64,000 bases of DNA, from NCBI GenBank assembly GCA_044892525.1, contig CM097885.1, positions 35,094,001 to 35,158,000 on the forward strand. The letters run 5' to 3'. The notes under the pieces were generated by a model. The model saw nothing but the letters and a program-made list of their open reading frames with translations, searched no databases and was not told the DNA's origin. Origin of the DNA: Schmidtea polychroa (lineage: Eukaryota). This document shows positions 42,560-56,088 of this stretch, piece after piece (positions within the stretch are counted from its first letter, which is position 1; every line of letters begins with the position of its first letter). The position numbers and the translations under genes were made by a program.

Positions 42560-43290
42560 TGTTTTCATTCTAGTCAAAGATAAATAATTATCCACTTAAA
42601 ATGTCCATTATATCTATTGTTCATTTTTGGTTGGATTGACATTATGACTTTAATCGGTAAAACCTAGAATACAAGATATAATTATGATAAATAATTAATT
42701 AGATTAATACAAATAAAAGAAATTATAATTGTAATAATAATTATTTTTAAGAGAATAATAGTAATATTAAAAAACGTCACTCGAACATCACTGTTACAAT
42801 ATATTCCGACAGATTCCCTGTCAATATCAGGTCGAAATACAACAAACACGACAAGATAAACACGAATACATATTTGAGTACACTAATTTCAATCAATCAT
42901 TTCAGTTGATCGTGATCGTATATGAGAGGCGCATTGTTATAATTGTTGAATAATGAATGAACTTTAAAAATAAAATTTAATTTTCAATAAAAGTTATTTA
43001 CTAATTATTTGGTCTATGAATGTTAAGATATTTTAATAATTTTGTTTATTGTAACTTTTATATAGTTGTTTTTCGTTTTTATTTAATGATGACAAATTCT
43101 GAAAAAATATATTGTTTAAATGATGTTTAAGTGGCATTATTTTTAATATTTAAATAAATGCCATGTTTATGTTATTTTATATTTCATAATATAAAGTGAT
43201 GATTTTTTGGTAGCAGCATTAATTAAATTTTAAACTATTAAATGATAATTTTAGCCTTTTGGTGCAAATAATATATTTAATAGTATTAAA

Positions 43291-43700
<410 letters not shown>

Positions 43701-43864
43701 CAATAATAATTCGAGTAATCGAGTTTTGATACTGTGGTTGAATCGATTCTTATCGTTTTCTTCTGAAATTCGGGACGTTCTTTTGAAAGTCGGTTTTTCT
43801 GGAATTTTTGAGTTTCGGAGTCTTTTCTTATTTAAATTATGAATCAAACTTGAGTTAGTGAACA

Positions 43865-44330
43865 TGTCAAATGTTCTAACTCAAAGAATGGATTCATTAG
43901 TGTTGACAATACAACTAATGATAAAGAGGTTTTTGTTTTTTTAAATCGACTACTGCTGCTGCTATTTTCGATATTTTTGAAGGTACTAATAATCTTAAAT
44001 CAAGATATGTTACGATCCAGATGGAGATGATTATGATTATAAAATTCTATGAGAGGTGATATAACTTTGAAATACACATTTAAAACATATTTGAATGATA
44101 TTTGAATTTGGTATCACATATTTCACAATGAAATGGAAATTACGCCAGATGAGTTTCCAGTTCTTCTTATCGAAACTTCGATGACCTTTAATGCTGACAG
44201 AGGATCCATGACTCAAATTATGTTGGAGACATTTAAGGTAATTTATGAAAGTTATGTGTTACTTCATGTTACTTGCGGAATAAATTTGACTGGAAGAGCT
44301 TCAACAGATTTCTTGATGATGAAAACTAAA
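43865..44330 (+). pseudogene. Actin pseudogene fragment, heavily decayed
   Basis: WYHIFHNEMEITPDEFPVLLIETSMTFNADRGSMTQIMLETF and IYESYVLLH...INLTGRASTDFLM correspond to actin [42 protein letters not shown] and [26 protein letters not shown]. The intervening segment is deleted. Confidence 0.88.
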
Positions 44331-44769
44331 CATACAATTATTTCAAATATTTCTCAAATATTTATTTATATAAAATATAATTTATCGATTTTTTCATAAG
44401 AAATATTTTAGATTTGTGTATTTTCCAAAATTCATAAATTCTCTATGATCGATATCAAAAAATCATCATAAAAATACAATTTATTATCAAATTATTGATT
44501 TTTATTATCGGTCCAAAAATCAATAATAAATCGGGATTAATTAAATTTAAACAAAATCTTTAAAAGAGAATATCGATTTTTATAGTCATTTTCAAAAATT
44601 AATTTATTTGAAACAAATCAAATTAAATGAGATTTTATTATTTATTTTCAACTATTAATTGAAATTATTCTGGGTTATAATATTATAATAAAATTATATT
44701 TAATCTGTAACTCTCCGAAAATTTTATGTGCCATTACAGTTGCCTAGCGACATTTTTGTCCTACTAATT

Positions 44770-45946
44770 GAATTTAGTGGAATACTGTAATTCCACGTTT
44801 CTTTCGTTTTTTTTACCATTCTTATTTCTTAAGACATATCGTCTATCATGCACTTTCTCGATCACTTTATATGGTCCCTCATATCTGTCCTAGATTTTGT
44901 TGCTTGTTTTTAATTTTACTAACACATCTTCTAATTTGAATTTTCTCCTTGTTTGTTTTTATTGTTCTTCCTTAATATGTTTTTCTTTTGAACCGTATTA
45001 TTTTTCCCTGCTAATCTTTTTTTCCAAAAACTATCTCTTCCAGATTTTTCCTGTCGTTTTTTGTTTGGTTGCATTTAATATAAATTTGACTTCTGGTAAT
45101 ATCTCTGTCCAATCGGTATACATTTATATCCGCGTGCTCACAACCGCGCCGTTAAAAAAAGCGCGCAAACAATACCGCGATCTTGAAAATCGCGACTTGT
45201 GAGCAGAAAGATTACATAACAACAAAATACATACGACTAAAATACTTACAATCTCAATCATAGTGATTTAATATATTATTATTAATAGTTTTGCTTAAAT
45301 AATGTTAGGTTTCATTTTGTTTCATTTTATAGTAATTCTTTTTGATGATGTTTTTATAATGTTTGGGGAGAAAAATAATTAGTAGATCGGAAAATTTAAG
45401 AAAGACAAGTTAAAACTAAAAAGTAAGGAATTGAAAAGGTAAACAAAAATAGAAAAAATGAAAATGAAAATGAAAGAATAAAAATAATTCATTTAATACA
45501 TCACTGTGATGCGCGGTTATGATCGACGCTATTATTAATAGCTCGCGGTTATAATGGTCGCAGTTTTGAGAGCGCGTTTTTTAACGGCGCGATATAGAGC
45601 GCGCGATTATTAAAGTACACCCTGTCAAATCCACTTCCTTCTGTCCGGTAAAGTAGCATTTATCATCTCCTTTTGTTTCAGTTTCATTCAACAAGTACAA
45701 TTCCGTAACTAAACTTTTTAATACGCGCTCAGTTTCGCTCGATTCATCTACACTCAAAGACTCAGTTTCAGCATCATTTTGTTGCTTCCGACATATTGCA
45801 ATGTCATTTTCCGTTACGAAGTTCTCTTCACTTTTCGTTTCATTTATACTTGGTAATATCCTGTTATCGGTGCTCATTTCCTCGATATCCCTTTTAGCTT
45901 CATTTTCCGATCCCATTTCCTCATTTTCCATTGTTTCTAATCTCAA
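44770..45946 (-). mobile_element. LTR-retrotransposon pol remnant (integrase C-terminal GPY/F region), interrupted by a MITE
   Basis: VLVKL...RYEGPYKVIEKVHDRRYVL near 44830-44930. The acidic ORF 45581-45946 lies on the other side of the insertion. Confidence 0.55.
45115..45621. mobile_element. MULE-like MITE with CGCG-rich subterminal repeats
   Basis: Ends ggtatac... / ...gtacacc, inverted cgcgccgttaaaaa blocks, TSD ctgtccaatc / ctgtcaaatc (one mismatch). Confidence 0.8.
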
Positions 45947-46479
45947 GAATAGAACTAAATCAAATAAGTTTCTTTTGTGTCAGCATGATTTCTTACATCG
46001 GTTTATTTCTAACCTTTTTCATTCCTAGAATAATAATAATTACATTAATAAATAAACGGTGACAAGATTCTTGTTTTCTATTTAAAAAAACATTGACAGC
46101 TGCAAAATTATTGAAGTTGATGAAAATTTTATTCTGTAAAATATATCGGTTAATGTCTCTAAGGCACTGGGAAATGTTCCTGCAATTCCATATTCGGAAA
46201 TTTCTGTTAAAATGGCAGATGTTGAATATAAATATTTTGTATTTTGTCATCTAGAAATAGTGAAAACAGAATTAGACTTTACATCACTTTTCCCAGTTGA
46301 TTTATGAGGACAACTTATCAACCACTGCCAAATTTCACTTTATTTCATAATCATTTTAAATCCTCATGCTATTTTAACTATGACTTCTTCAAACAACTTT
46401 TTCGTAATTTTCCTTGGTAAATAAATATAACAAATTTAATTTAGAAAATTATGGATAATGCTAATATTAGTAGCAATAA

Positions 46480-46575
<96 letters not shown>

Positions 46576-47675
46576 TAATAATAATAAAAGAAAAAGATAA
46601 AGATGAAGAAGAACGTGTCACTCGAACATGAAACTCGAAAGTGACAATAGATTATGCAAATGTGGTCGTACGTATAGGAATCGCTTTTATATGTAAGATG
46701 AAGATACATTTGATTTTCCATTATATTAAAGAAAATTTATTGGATAACCCATCTAATGGTACATGTAGTGTAGCGCTGATTTGTTGAATGTAGTTTTTTA
46801 AGTAATTACAAATTATAATCATTATTCTTATTCGAGACATAGCTTTTACAAACCAATATATTACTATATAGAAATTACAAATTCAAAAAAAAATCCAAGC
46901 TGCAACATAACTTAAGAAGCATTTTTATTCCTAAACTGAATCCAAGCTATCAATATCTAAATTTGAAGATCTAAGCTTTAATATAAGCTAAGTATTTTTT
47001 ACCCTAAAACGAATCAAAATCCTAAAATCTTAATCTTAATCCTAAGCCCTTACAGTTATAGATAAACCTATAGTTTACGCAGGTTCTTCTCTGGCAATTT
47101 TTCGGGTAAATATCAATATGGTATCTACTGCAAATAACAGCTCAATCACCGCTACCTGACGATTTTCTGAAGTATTATTTATTTTGTGGTTAATAAAATT
47201 CGTAATTTTATTTAATTGTTAATTTGTATCTTTTCAACTATTGTACATACAAGCACCCCGATTGTCCCGACACTTTTTATTGGTGCCTCTATCAGGTTCT
47301 ACAAAAATTCTCCATTACACACAAACTCTAAAGATACAAACAATTCTATATATAAACACATAAGCTTACAATACCCAAACATCACAATAGTAAACTTTAA
47401 CATTTTATTGTTGCACTCAACGCCAAAAGCTCATTTTTTCAGATTCATTAATAGTCATTAGTTTATAAAAATTTCTCATTTTTTACCTAATATTAAAAAT
47501 TAAAAAATGCAAAAAAATTCAAATTATGCCATTTATTTATAATTATAAAACAAAGCCCAAAAAAATTAATTTAAAAATCTACAGATTTATTGATAAATCA
47601 AATGCGGCAACAAAAATGTCAACTTTGACACGAAATGATACTCTATTCAAATGCCAAAATAATAATTCTTAATTT

Positions 47676-48092
47676 CTAACTTTCAATAATTTTTATCGGA
47701 ATTGAAGAACAAAATTCGCATTTCATGCAATTTTGACATGGGCCTTTGTCTTTCCCATATACTGGTCGCGCTCCGTCACTTCCGGAACTGATGGTGGCTT
47801 GAAATTCGAGTTTTGAGTCCGTTTCACTGATTTGACTGGTTTGGTTATAATTGTTTGGATAGAAAAGCCGATACGGAACAGCACAAATATCGTTGACAAT
47901 TGTTTCAAAAGAGGGGTTCAATTTGTCGTAGCATTTCATTATAGGAACTAATCTCAATTTTATAGCTGATGAAATATGACTTTTTGTTACGGATCTAATA
48001 TTTGATTTTGACCCATTCATGAGGGACTTTAGCTGAAATTTTATCAGGTTTGGATTTATTATTATTTCTGACATTTTTAACAGTCGGAACAT
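47676..48092 (-). CDS. Hypothetical 138-aa protein with C-terminal Cys cluster
   Basis: Open frame with protein-like composition in very AT-rich context, ending CQNCMKCEFC. No family recognised. Confidence 0.3.
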   Translation of the reverse strand: MFRLLKMSEIIINPNLIKFQLKSLMNGSKSNIRSVTKSHISSAIKLRLVPIMKCYDKLNPSFETIVNDICAVPYRLFYPNNYNQTSQISETDSKLEFQATISSGSDGARPVYGKDKGPCQNCMKCEFCSSIPIKIIES

Positions 48093-49764
48093 ATCAAATT
48101 TAGAAATTTCTTATTGAATAAATTATTTATAATCAATTTATAATAATAATTTTAAAAATAAATTTTAAATCCGTATATACGTACACTGTTTGGCATTCTA
48201 TGGCAATGTAAACTTTACACATTTCTAAAACAATGTGTAAAATCCTGGGAAAACTGTAAAACCAGATACATATTTATAATTTCTCTGTCAGAAAATCATA
48301 ATATTAAATTCATTTTTCTTACATGTATATGAAAAAATATTAAGAATGTAAATGATCAATTAAAATCTGCAAAATAAACAATTTTTCGGTTTGTCAGTGA
48401 ATTGAGATGTTAACAACTACTAATCTGATTCCGATCGTGCTTTATAACAACGATTACAAAATTTCAGCGATATTCTAAAATATACTTATCAACATAAATG
48501 CAATTTAGTACTCTGCTTGTTGATCACAACTACGCGAATTAATAAAATTATTTGATGGCTATCGGTACTTATTACGACGCTTTATGAAGAATAGCACAAT
48601 CAATCAACTGCTTCCTATACTTTGAATATGTTGGCACAATTAACTCGATTGCTTCGTTTACTTGCATTACTTTTCCTCTTTCTTCAATTTATATTTAAAG
48701 TCAGACAATTTTATTGTCATTTGCAATCCGCGATTTAGTCAATTTTGGTCATCTATACTCTATACAAGTTGTACATAATAGTGCTATTGTTCTCCGGTGT
48801 TGTAATTAGTACTCAATGGCCACTATTGCAATATTGCATCATTTTCTGTCGTTGTGAATTTGTAGTAAATTGTGCTGACCAATAAAAGTTTATACATTGT
48901 CTGGGAATCTTTATTGTTATCAGCCAAGACATACTTTGGAGTTAGATCAATAATTCTAAATTTCATATTTCAACGACAACCCAAGATAATTAACGAAATA
49001 TAACGAAAATATTTTCTATCATTTTGATAATTTTAAATTTTCGAATGTTTCCAAATGAAATCTAGTAAAATTTCGGAAACAATGAAAGGTAAATTTTTTC
49101 AGAAAATTTAAATTTTCAAAAACATTTTTAAAGTTAGTCTTAATATTGTATTTCACAATAAAATATTTGGTCGGAAGATTTATATATTTTTTTGTTCTTA
49201 TAAAATCAAAGAAAATAAGAAAATAATAATTATTTATTGAATCCAACATATTTCACATTCAATTTTAAGATGCAATCTGTCTATGTAAAGCTTTTTCATG
49301 CCGTTTTTTATTTATTAAAAGTATAAAACTTATGTCTTTTTGAATAAAAAAAGATTATCAGAAGTTATCAAGAAATTTTTTATCATATACACTTGTAAAA
49401 ACACAAATCTAAATTACGCGCATAATACATTACTTTTTCTACTACTTACAAAATTTTTATTGTTTTTTTGCACAGATTCTTTCTTCATATTTGTCAAATG
49501 TTCAGTCCAGTGATAAAAATAATAAATAAAATTAAATAAAGTTTAAAGATTAATTATTTTGGGATAAAAAATGTCAACGAATGACATAGTTTAATTAAAT
49601 TATAAAATGTTGTAGATTTTATTATAAAATATTGTTGTTTTAAATTATGATTTATGATTTATGAACAGGCAAATACAATCAATAATCAACGCCCACACAG
49701 ACACCATACATAATTTAATTTTGAATAAAGAAGTTATTTTGATTGTCAATTTATTTTAATAATA

Positions 49765-50080
49765 TAGTAGTGGGATATGTCACCTCCAGTACACCCCCCT
49801 AAAAATTAAAAAATATGCTAAGTCTAAAAGTACAAAAAATTTTTAAACAAAGACAATGACTCATGAAAGGTCATTGAAACAAAGACAATGACTCGCTCAA
49901 GGTCATCGGATGACTCATCCAGGTCATTTAAACAAACCATGCCTCATCAAAGTCATTTCAAGGTTGTATGACTCATCCAAGGACATTTTCAAGGTCGTAT
50001 GACTCAGCCAATGTCTTTTTCAAGGTCGTATGACTCATCCAAGGTCATGTGAGTCAACACGATGACTCATCAAGGTCATA
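49765..50080 (+). mobile_element. Possible Polinton-like terminus with tandem TGACTCA / CAAGGTCA array
   Basis: Begins tagtagtggga, followed by ~30-bp degenerate tandem units containing seven TGA(C/G)TCA sites. Confidence 0.5.
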
Positions 50081-50463
50081 TTATTATTTTTCAAAAATAT
50101 TATTATTTTATTATTATTTTTCAAAAATATTATTAAGTATGCTAGTGGTGTCCTACTATTTGGCATGCCAAAAGTTATTGTTCCCATCAATCTATTTCAT
50201 CGATCGATAGCTTATTTTGAAGCTTAGTGCAAGACCTTTTGAATGAGCTATAGAGGTCATCATCACTATTATTATTGGTAAAGTTATTATAGGACCGTAT
50301 TTAAAGCCAAATGTCCGCGAAATCGATTCATTTCAAGATTATTTTTCTGTAGGCCTCCCGGCCATAATTTGGCTCTTTGAATTCTCGCTCTCCACAACTT
50401 AGGCAAATGATACTTTGTGAGAACTGAAACTTTACCGATTGTATTGGTTTTCAATGCACATTT

Positions 50464-50790
50464 CTACGAAGTGTTTGACTGAAATTCCAGATGAGATGAA
50501 TTGAACAACAGAATCGTTATGATACAAAAAAACAAAGATAAATGGCGAATTTTCGTAAATGAATCGAATAAAACTGCATTGGAGGAAGACGCCGTATGCA
50601 AGCCTTTACCCATGACATCGTCCATCAGAGAATTCATTATTAAAATCACAACATAAGTACTAGAGATTGTAACACAATAAATGGAAAATCTTGACTTTTT
50701 ATGTTCAAATAGATATACCAAAATCATGATAACATGTCCAAGAATTCCAAAAATAGCAATAATTGGCAACGAATAATTTGGAAATGGAGA
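50464..50790 (-). pseudogene. Rhodopsin-class GPCR fragment (TM1-TM2), flatworm orphan-receptor-like
   Basis: PIIAIFGILGHVIMILVY (TM1, GxxGN->GH), SRFSIYCVTIS...MDDVMGKGL (TM2). Truncated, no ATG. Confidence 0.65.
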
Positions 50791-51194
50791 TAAACAGATT
50801 TATCAGACTGGCTAATTAACTGAGACGATTGTTGAAAACTAATTTTATCAATTGGCTAAGACACAGTACTCGACGTGAGAAAGAGAATATTGTCTGTATG
50901 TATAATTCAATGAATGAGTCAGGATCATATTTTCATTCTAAAATTCGAAAAAATTGAGATATTGATTAATTCCATTATTTCAGTGTTTTCTGATATTCCG
51001 CCTGTACAAATTGATATTTCTACACACACATCCGTGTACACATACACACTAGAACATATTCAGAGATCTCTCGCATTCACTGAACGACATATTGAAATCT
51101 CTGTTTTACATTTCGGCACATTAAACTTGATGATAAGAATCCCGCTCTGAAGACACCAAAACTAGCCTCTCTTTCCCTTTCATCACTTTGCTTT

Positions 51195-51880
51195 GTTGCG
51201 TACATATTATTAATACAATTTGGGTTACATCCGTAATTCAACAAATATTCGTCATCATCCAATTCTCGTCCTTTGAACGTCAACACGATAGTTCCTTCAT
51301 TACCTAATATCTCCGCTGCTTTTTGTCATATTTTCTTTGCTTTTACACTCCAATAATATTCAACCCTTTGATCTGCAATATTCAACGCTATTATCAAAGA
51401 CTTCGCACTATTGTCTGCCACCTCATAATCATGTCCTAGTTTTCGGATTACCTCTTTTAACTTTGCCTGATAACTTGTCGGTTTATTCGTATACGGTACG
51501 ATGCATTCAAACAACCCTTCTTTCATGTCTCGATCCATTTCAATGCTCATTATGAGGTCGATACTCGCATTAATTTTATCTTTATTCCATGCATACAGGG
51601 TATCTTGTAAATCTGCTAGAATCTTTTCCCAATTCTGTCTACCTGAATTCAAAGTATTAACTGCATTAACGACATTTACTTTATTTTTCCAGCCTGGTAT
51701 CAGACCGCAATCTACTAAGTATTCCTCGTCTTCCAGACATCGATTCTTAAATTTTAATTGCACTTGCCATCCACTGGATTGGCGCAGTATATGTCCCTTT
51801 AGCTCTCTGATTTGTCCGTAGGCATTTACACGGAATTGTCACTTCACATTATCAAGTCCAGTCGTTTCCACTATGATATC
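51195..51880 (-). pseudogene. Two ubiquitin-like domains in frame with gag
   Basis: IIVETT...IRELKGHI...QLKFKNRCLEDEEYLVDCGL and SVKAKKI*QK...VLTFKGRELDDDEYLLNYG match ubiquitin IFVKT...IENVKAKI...[20 protein letters not shown]. Confidence 0.75.
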
Positions 51881-52012
51881 AGCTAGATCCTTTGTTGACC
51901 GTAAAGCCTTGCCAAACTTCTGTATTTGTTTAAGTATCTCATCGTCTCTGTCTACTTTGAATATCTTTACACATAAATTTATTGCTCTTTTTAGTTCACT
52001 CTGGGTTAGTGA

Positions 52013-53008
52013 TGTTGAGGATACCTAAATAACAATTTATAAAGAAATAAATAAAATTACCTGGGGGAAGATCGCCATGACAAACGGGACGATCTATTGG
52101 AACTCAGAAAAGAAAACGGAAGTGAAAAGAAATTAAAAATGAGAAAGAGAAAGGAAATAAAAGTTATCAAACAGGAAAATAAAAATCAAGGTCAGTACTA
52201 ATTAATTAGTACAGAAAGGAAAAGGAATTTTGAAATCGGGGAAAAAGGAAAACAACAATATCCTTATCTCGACAGCTTGCCAGTGATCATAGAATTGATG
52301 GGAGAAGGCGGTCAAACAAAAAAAGGAAAAGGGAAAACAACTTGACAGCTGTCAGAGATAAAAATGGGACAGCCGGGAAAAGCAGGAGAAGGAAAATGGA
52401 AAAACACTTGATTATCTGGAGTGCCACAAGAGAAGCGAACTATATAAGGGAAAACTGGTGAACATGAAAGGACAACAAAAGAGAGAAGAAAATTAGAGAC
52501 AAAGTGACTCGAAATTGAAAACGATTTGAGAGTCGATTTGAGAGATAAAATTATTGGAGAAAATTAGACGTTGGAGGAAACGTTGTTGGACAAACGATTG
52601 TCAAAAAATAATTGCAAATGAAATAATTGTGGAAAATAATTATTGGAGAAGAGTTGAAGAGAAGAATTAGTTGAATAATAAAACGAAAGGAAGTTATTTG
52701 ATTATTTGAATAAAGTTTGGAAGAAATTCAAAGAAAACAACCAACTCAAAATCCCAGTTTAGAAACCAATCAGTAATTTGTGATCTTTTAATCTGGTGCT
52801 ATACATAAGTGCTATTCCTCACCGAGTGTTGCAATAAGCATTGTATAGTCACCAAGCAGAGTGTTGAATTTATTGTCAGTGTCAAGTGAAAGTTTATTTG
52901 TGATTATCAATAAAGATTTCTGTTGTCAAGTGTTATTTGTGAATCGTATAAAGACACGCTTGGAGTCAGAGTAACATTTAAAATTATCACCAACGCAATA
53001 ACCCAACA
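52013..53008 (+). mobile_element. Solo LTR inserted antisense into the gag-Ubl ORF
   Basis: TGTTG...CAACA ends, TSD GTGA/GTGT, TATATAA at ~52441, AATAAA at ~52909. Confidence 0.88.
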
Positions 53009-54677
53009 GTGTCATCAAACTGAGTTCTGCGATCCATCGTTTCAATTGGGAGTTGTCAGTTTCCATTCTCGCAAGCTATCTTTCGACTCGGGCTAACAAT
53101 GCCGTCGGATTCTCATCTGATGCGATTTTTCTCAGTTTCGTGGCAGGTTTTTCCTCACCTTCTGACACAGTTCCAATTATCATATGAGATTCAATTTCCT
53201 CGTCTGATTCGAATTTAGCCACTAATTTGTTCAACTTCTGTCGCATTTCTCGAAATTCTTTTTTCATTTTGTCTTAAAATTCCTCTCTCTGCACATATGT
53301 CATATTACTGGTATTTGGCATATCTTCTTGGAATCTAATCGATTTCTTTAATATAGGTCTACTAAATCTTTCTGAGTTCCTTGGGTATGATCGCGTCATA
53401 TGACCGTATCCCTTCCACAAATGGAATTGTATTTGTCCATTGGTATTCACTTTGTCACTTTGTGGTGAAGGTGACGCTGACGATGATCTTGATCTAGTGG
53501 AACAGTTTCTGCTAATATCCCCTTTCTTTCCGCATCGATAGCATTCAACATCACTGTTGATCCTTTTGTTATCTGTGAATCTCTTGTTAGGGCTGGGATT
53601 TTTCCCATATTTGAACCAACATTGATTTGAGTAGTGCCCGGACTTTTTGCAATGTTCGCACTGAGGGTTGTTTACCTGTCCATTTGATTGCACGTTCATG
53701 GCTGATCTACTGGCTTGAAATCTATTATTTGGTCTCAAAATTGGACTACTGATTTGGTTTATTTTTTGTCATCCCATGGTGCTATCACGGGAGTAATTGA
53801 CCGCTCACGTCTCTCCACATTAACTCCAAAATCATCTGATCTTTTCGCACTTTTTAAATTCAGCTCGATCTTCATGGCTTTCTTCACGAGCTCATCGAAA
53901 TTAGAAAAATCCACATAACATAGGGTCTTTTTGATTTCGGAGTGAACTCCGGTTATAAACTGATCTTCCAATAACTCTTTAACCTGCTTGGCCATATCTA
54001 CTTGATCTGGTTTGACTTCAAAGGCTTTATCTGCTAAAGTGGTCAGATGATAAGCAAACTCACTGACCGATTCATCTGAACCTTGAACTCGATTAGAGAA
54101 TTTCTGTCTCATGATTCTTTTGACATCTCCACCAACCAGTTTCAGTGCCATTGCATCCTTCAATTTGGTCCAATCATTACCAACGTTTCGTTCATCTACT
54201 TGTTGCCAGGCTTCCCTTGCTGCACCCTTCAAGTAGAGTGGGAATCTCTGAACCATAATGGCTTGTGTCCATCCATATGCTTAGGCATACATATAATAAT
54301 CTCCCATGAAATCCGCGAATTCAACAGGGTCTCCTCCATATTGATTGACTGCTAATTTTTGGCAACTTGCGAAATCAATCATCTCTCTATTGAGAGGCAT
54401 AACAGCATTATCATTTGCCATTTGGACTTGTTTTTGACTTATGAGGTTGTATCGACTCACTTTGAGCTAAACTTCAAACGTTAAACAATAATTTAAATTT
54501 ACTTCACAAATTCCTTTAAATCTTCCCATAATAACCTTTAATATCTATCTCGTCAGCACTATTTTCCAACAAATTTTCACTAATTTTCAATAATTCTCAG
54601 CTGACCTTCAATCACTTCCGTACTGTTTTTCCTAATATTTTTCCAATAACTTTCAATAATTCTCCGCCGATTTTCGA

Positions 54678-54694
54678 TCACGTCGGGCTCACCA
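54678..54694 (-). promoter_or_regulatory. Primer-binding site for tRNA-Trp
   Basis: Plus strand tcacgtcgggctcacca matches the 3' end of animal tRNA-Trp (TCACGTCGGGGTCACCA) at 16/17 positions, 7 nt from the LTR end. Confidence 0.85.
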
Positions 54695-55068
54695 GAATAT
54701 ATGTTGGGTTTTTGGTTAATTTAAGTCGGTTACCTCTGACTCCTCGTGTCCTTTGAATCAAAACAATAACGACCCAACGTAATTTGAAATAACACAAATA
54801 AATACGACAATTATAAAGGAATCCATTTATCTTTCAATTTAGAAAGAAAAGTATTACTTAAGATGAACATACAAAATAAGGATGAAAACCGATACAAAGC
54901 CCCATTGGAAATAATTAAGAAAATACATGAAAATAGTTATGATATGGTAAGTACATCCATTAATAGAGTTATTCAAAATATCATATAGCTAAAACATTTT
55001 AAAGTGAGGGGATATAAATACATAATTAAAGTAATTAATTGATAAATATTTCATTTTTCTGCGTAGAT

Positions 55069-56088
55069 CAGCGCTTCTCAACCTTTCTGTTATTGCGACT
55101 CAGTTTACCAACGTAAATATTCTCGCCCCCCCCCCTATTTTTATCCATCGAAAATTATAGTGTCATAATGAAAACGGTCCGATATTCCTACATTTAATTT
55201 TATTGGTAAAATGCGACTGCTATAAATGCGCAGTAATGTATACGTCTATCCCTGCCCTTTATTTAGACTATATATTTGAGAAGTTAAATGTCTTGAATCT
55301 TCAACTTCAAGGAACAAATATATATATTTTGGAAACAAATGATAAAGTCAATGTTTTTGTAGAAAATTGGATTTGTGGCTTAGAAATTTAAAAGAAAAGA
55401 AATTGAAAATGTTTCCGAATATAAATGAATTTGTAAAGACATACAAAACCGAAGAAGTACATATAAACGTGATTTCATTAACTATAAACAAACATCTAAG
55501 CATGTAAGCAAAAGATTTTAAAAACTACATTTTTGCTGAAGAAAAATCTCTATCACGTTACGAGTGGGTTAGGGACCATATCATAATGTTCCACAAGGTC
55601 TCTCGACTTCTGAAGAGGAAAAATTTATTGATTTTACAACAAACAGTGAAATCAAAAGACAATTTAATATGAAATCGATTTTTGAATTTTGGGCTGGTTT
55701 GGATGATGAGTTTGCGACATTAAAACAAAGAGCTTTGCAAATACTTTTCTGTTTTCAACATTTTATCTTTGCGAAACCGGATTTTCTGCGGTGGCTTCCT
55801 TGAAAACAAAATATAGATCATAGGTAAATATAGAAAAGGAACTTAAGGTATCCATATTTGGTATTACTCCTTCATTTCAAAAACATTGCAATGAGAAATA
55901 GGCTCAAGGAAGTCATTAATTAATAACATAACATATTTAACTGGTATTTGTTTCATACTAATAAACTTAAATAATAAATATAATAAATTATTTATTGGTA
56001 ATATGTAATTATTATTTATTATTTAACCTTCAACAAAGTTTTAATTTTTTTTTAAATATACTCGTGCCCCACAGGTTGAGAATCGCTG
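55069..56088 (+). mobile_element. hAT Buster/Charlie deletion derivative
   Basis: TIRs cagcgcttctcaacct / aggttgagaatcgctg, perfect 8-bp TSD GCGTAGAT. Transposase remnants LNLQLQG and YLCETGFSAVASLKTKYR. Confidence 0.93.

Larger units (their letters stand above)
50980..54800 (-). mobile_element. Decayed Gypsy-like LTR retrotransposon: LTR end, PBS, gag, tandem ubiquitin-like domains
   Basis: LTR 3' end ...ACCCAACA at 54702, PBS at 54678-54694 and gag ATG at 54421. Gag shows YGW...FPLYLKGAAREAW, QGSDESVSEF and CCHC knuckles CEHCKKSGHYSNQC and CYRCGKKGDISRNC. No PR/RT/IN visible downstream. Confidence 0.85.

Noticed and set aside
49850..50080. CRISPR-like array
   Set aside because: Units are degenerate tandem repeats without unique spacers, the context is eukaryotic and there are no cas genes.
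54678..54694. tRNA-Trp gene
   Set aside because: Only the 3' 17 nt including CCA match. The position next to an LTR identifies it as a PBS.
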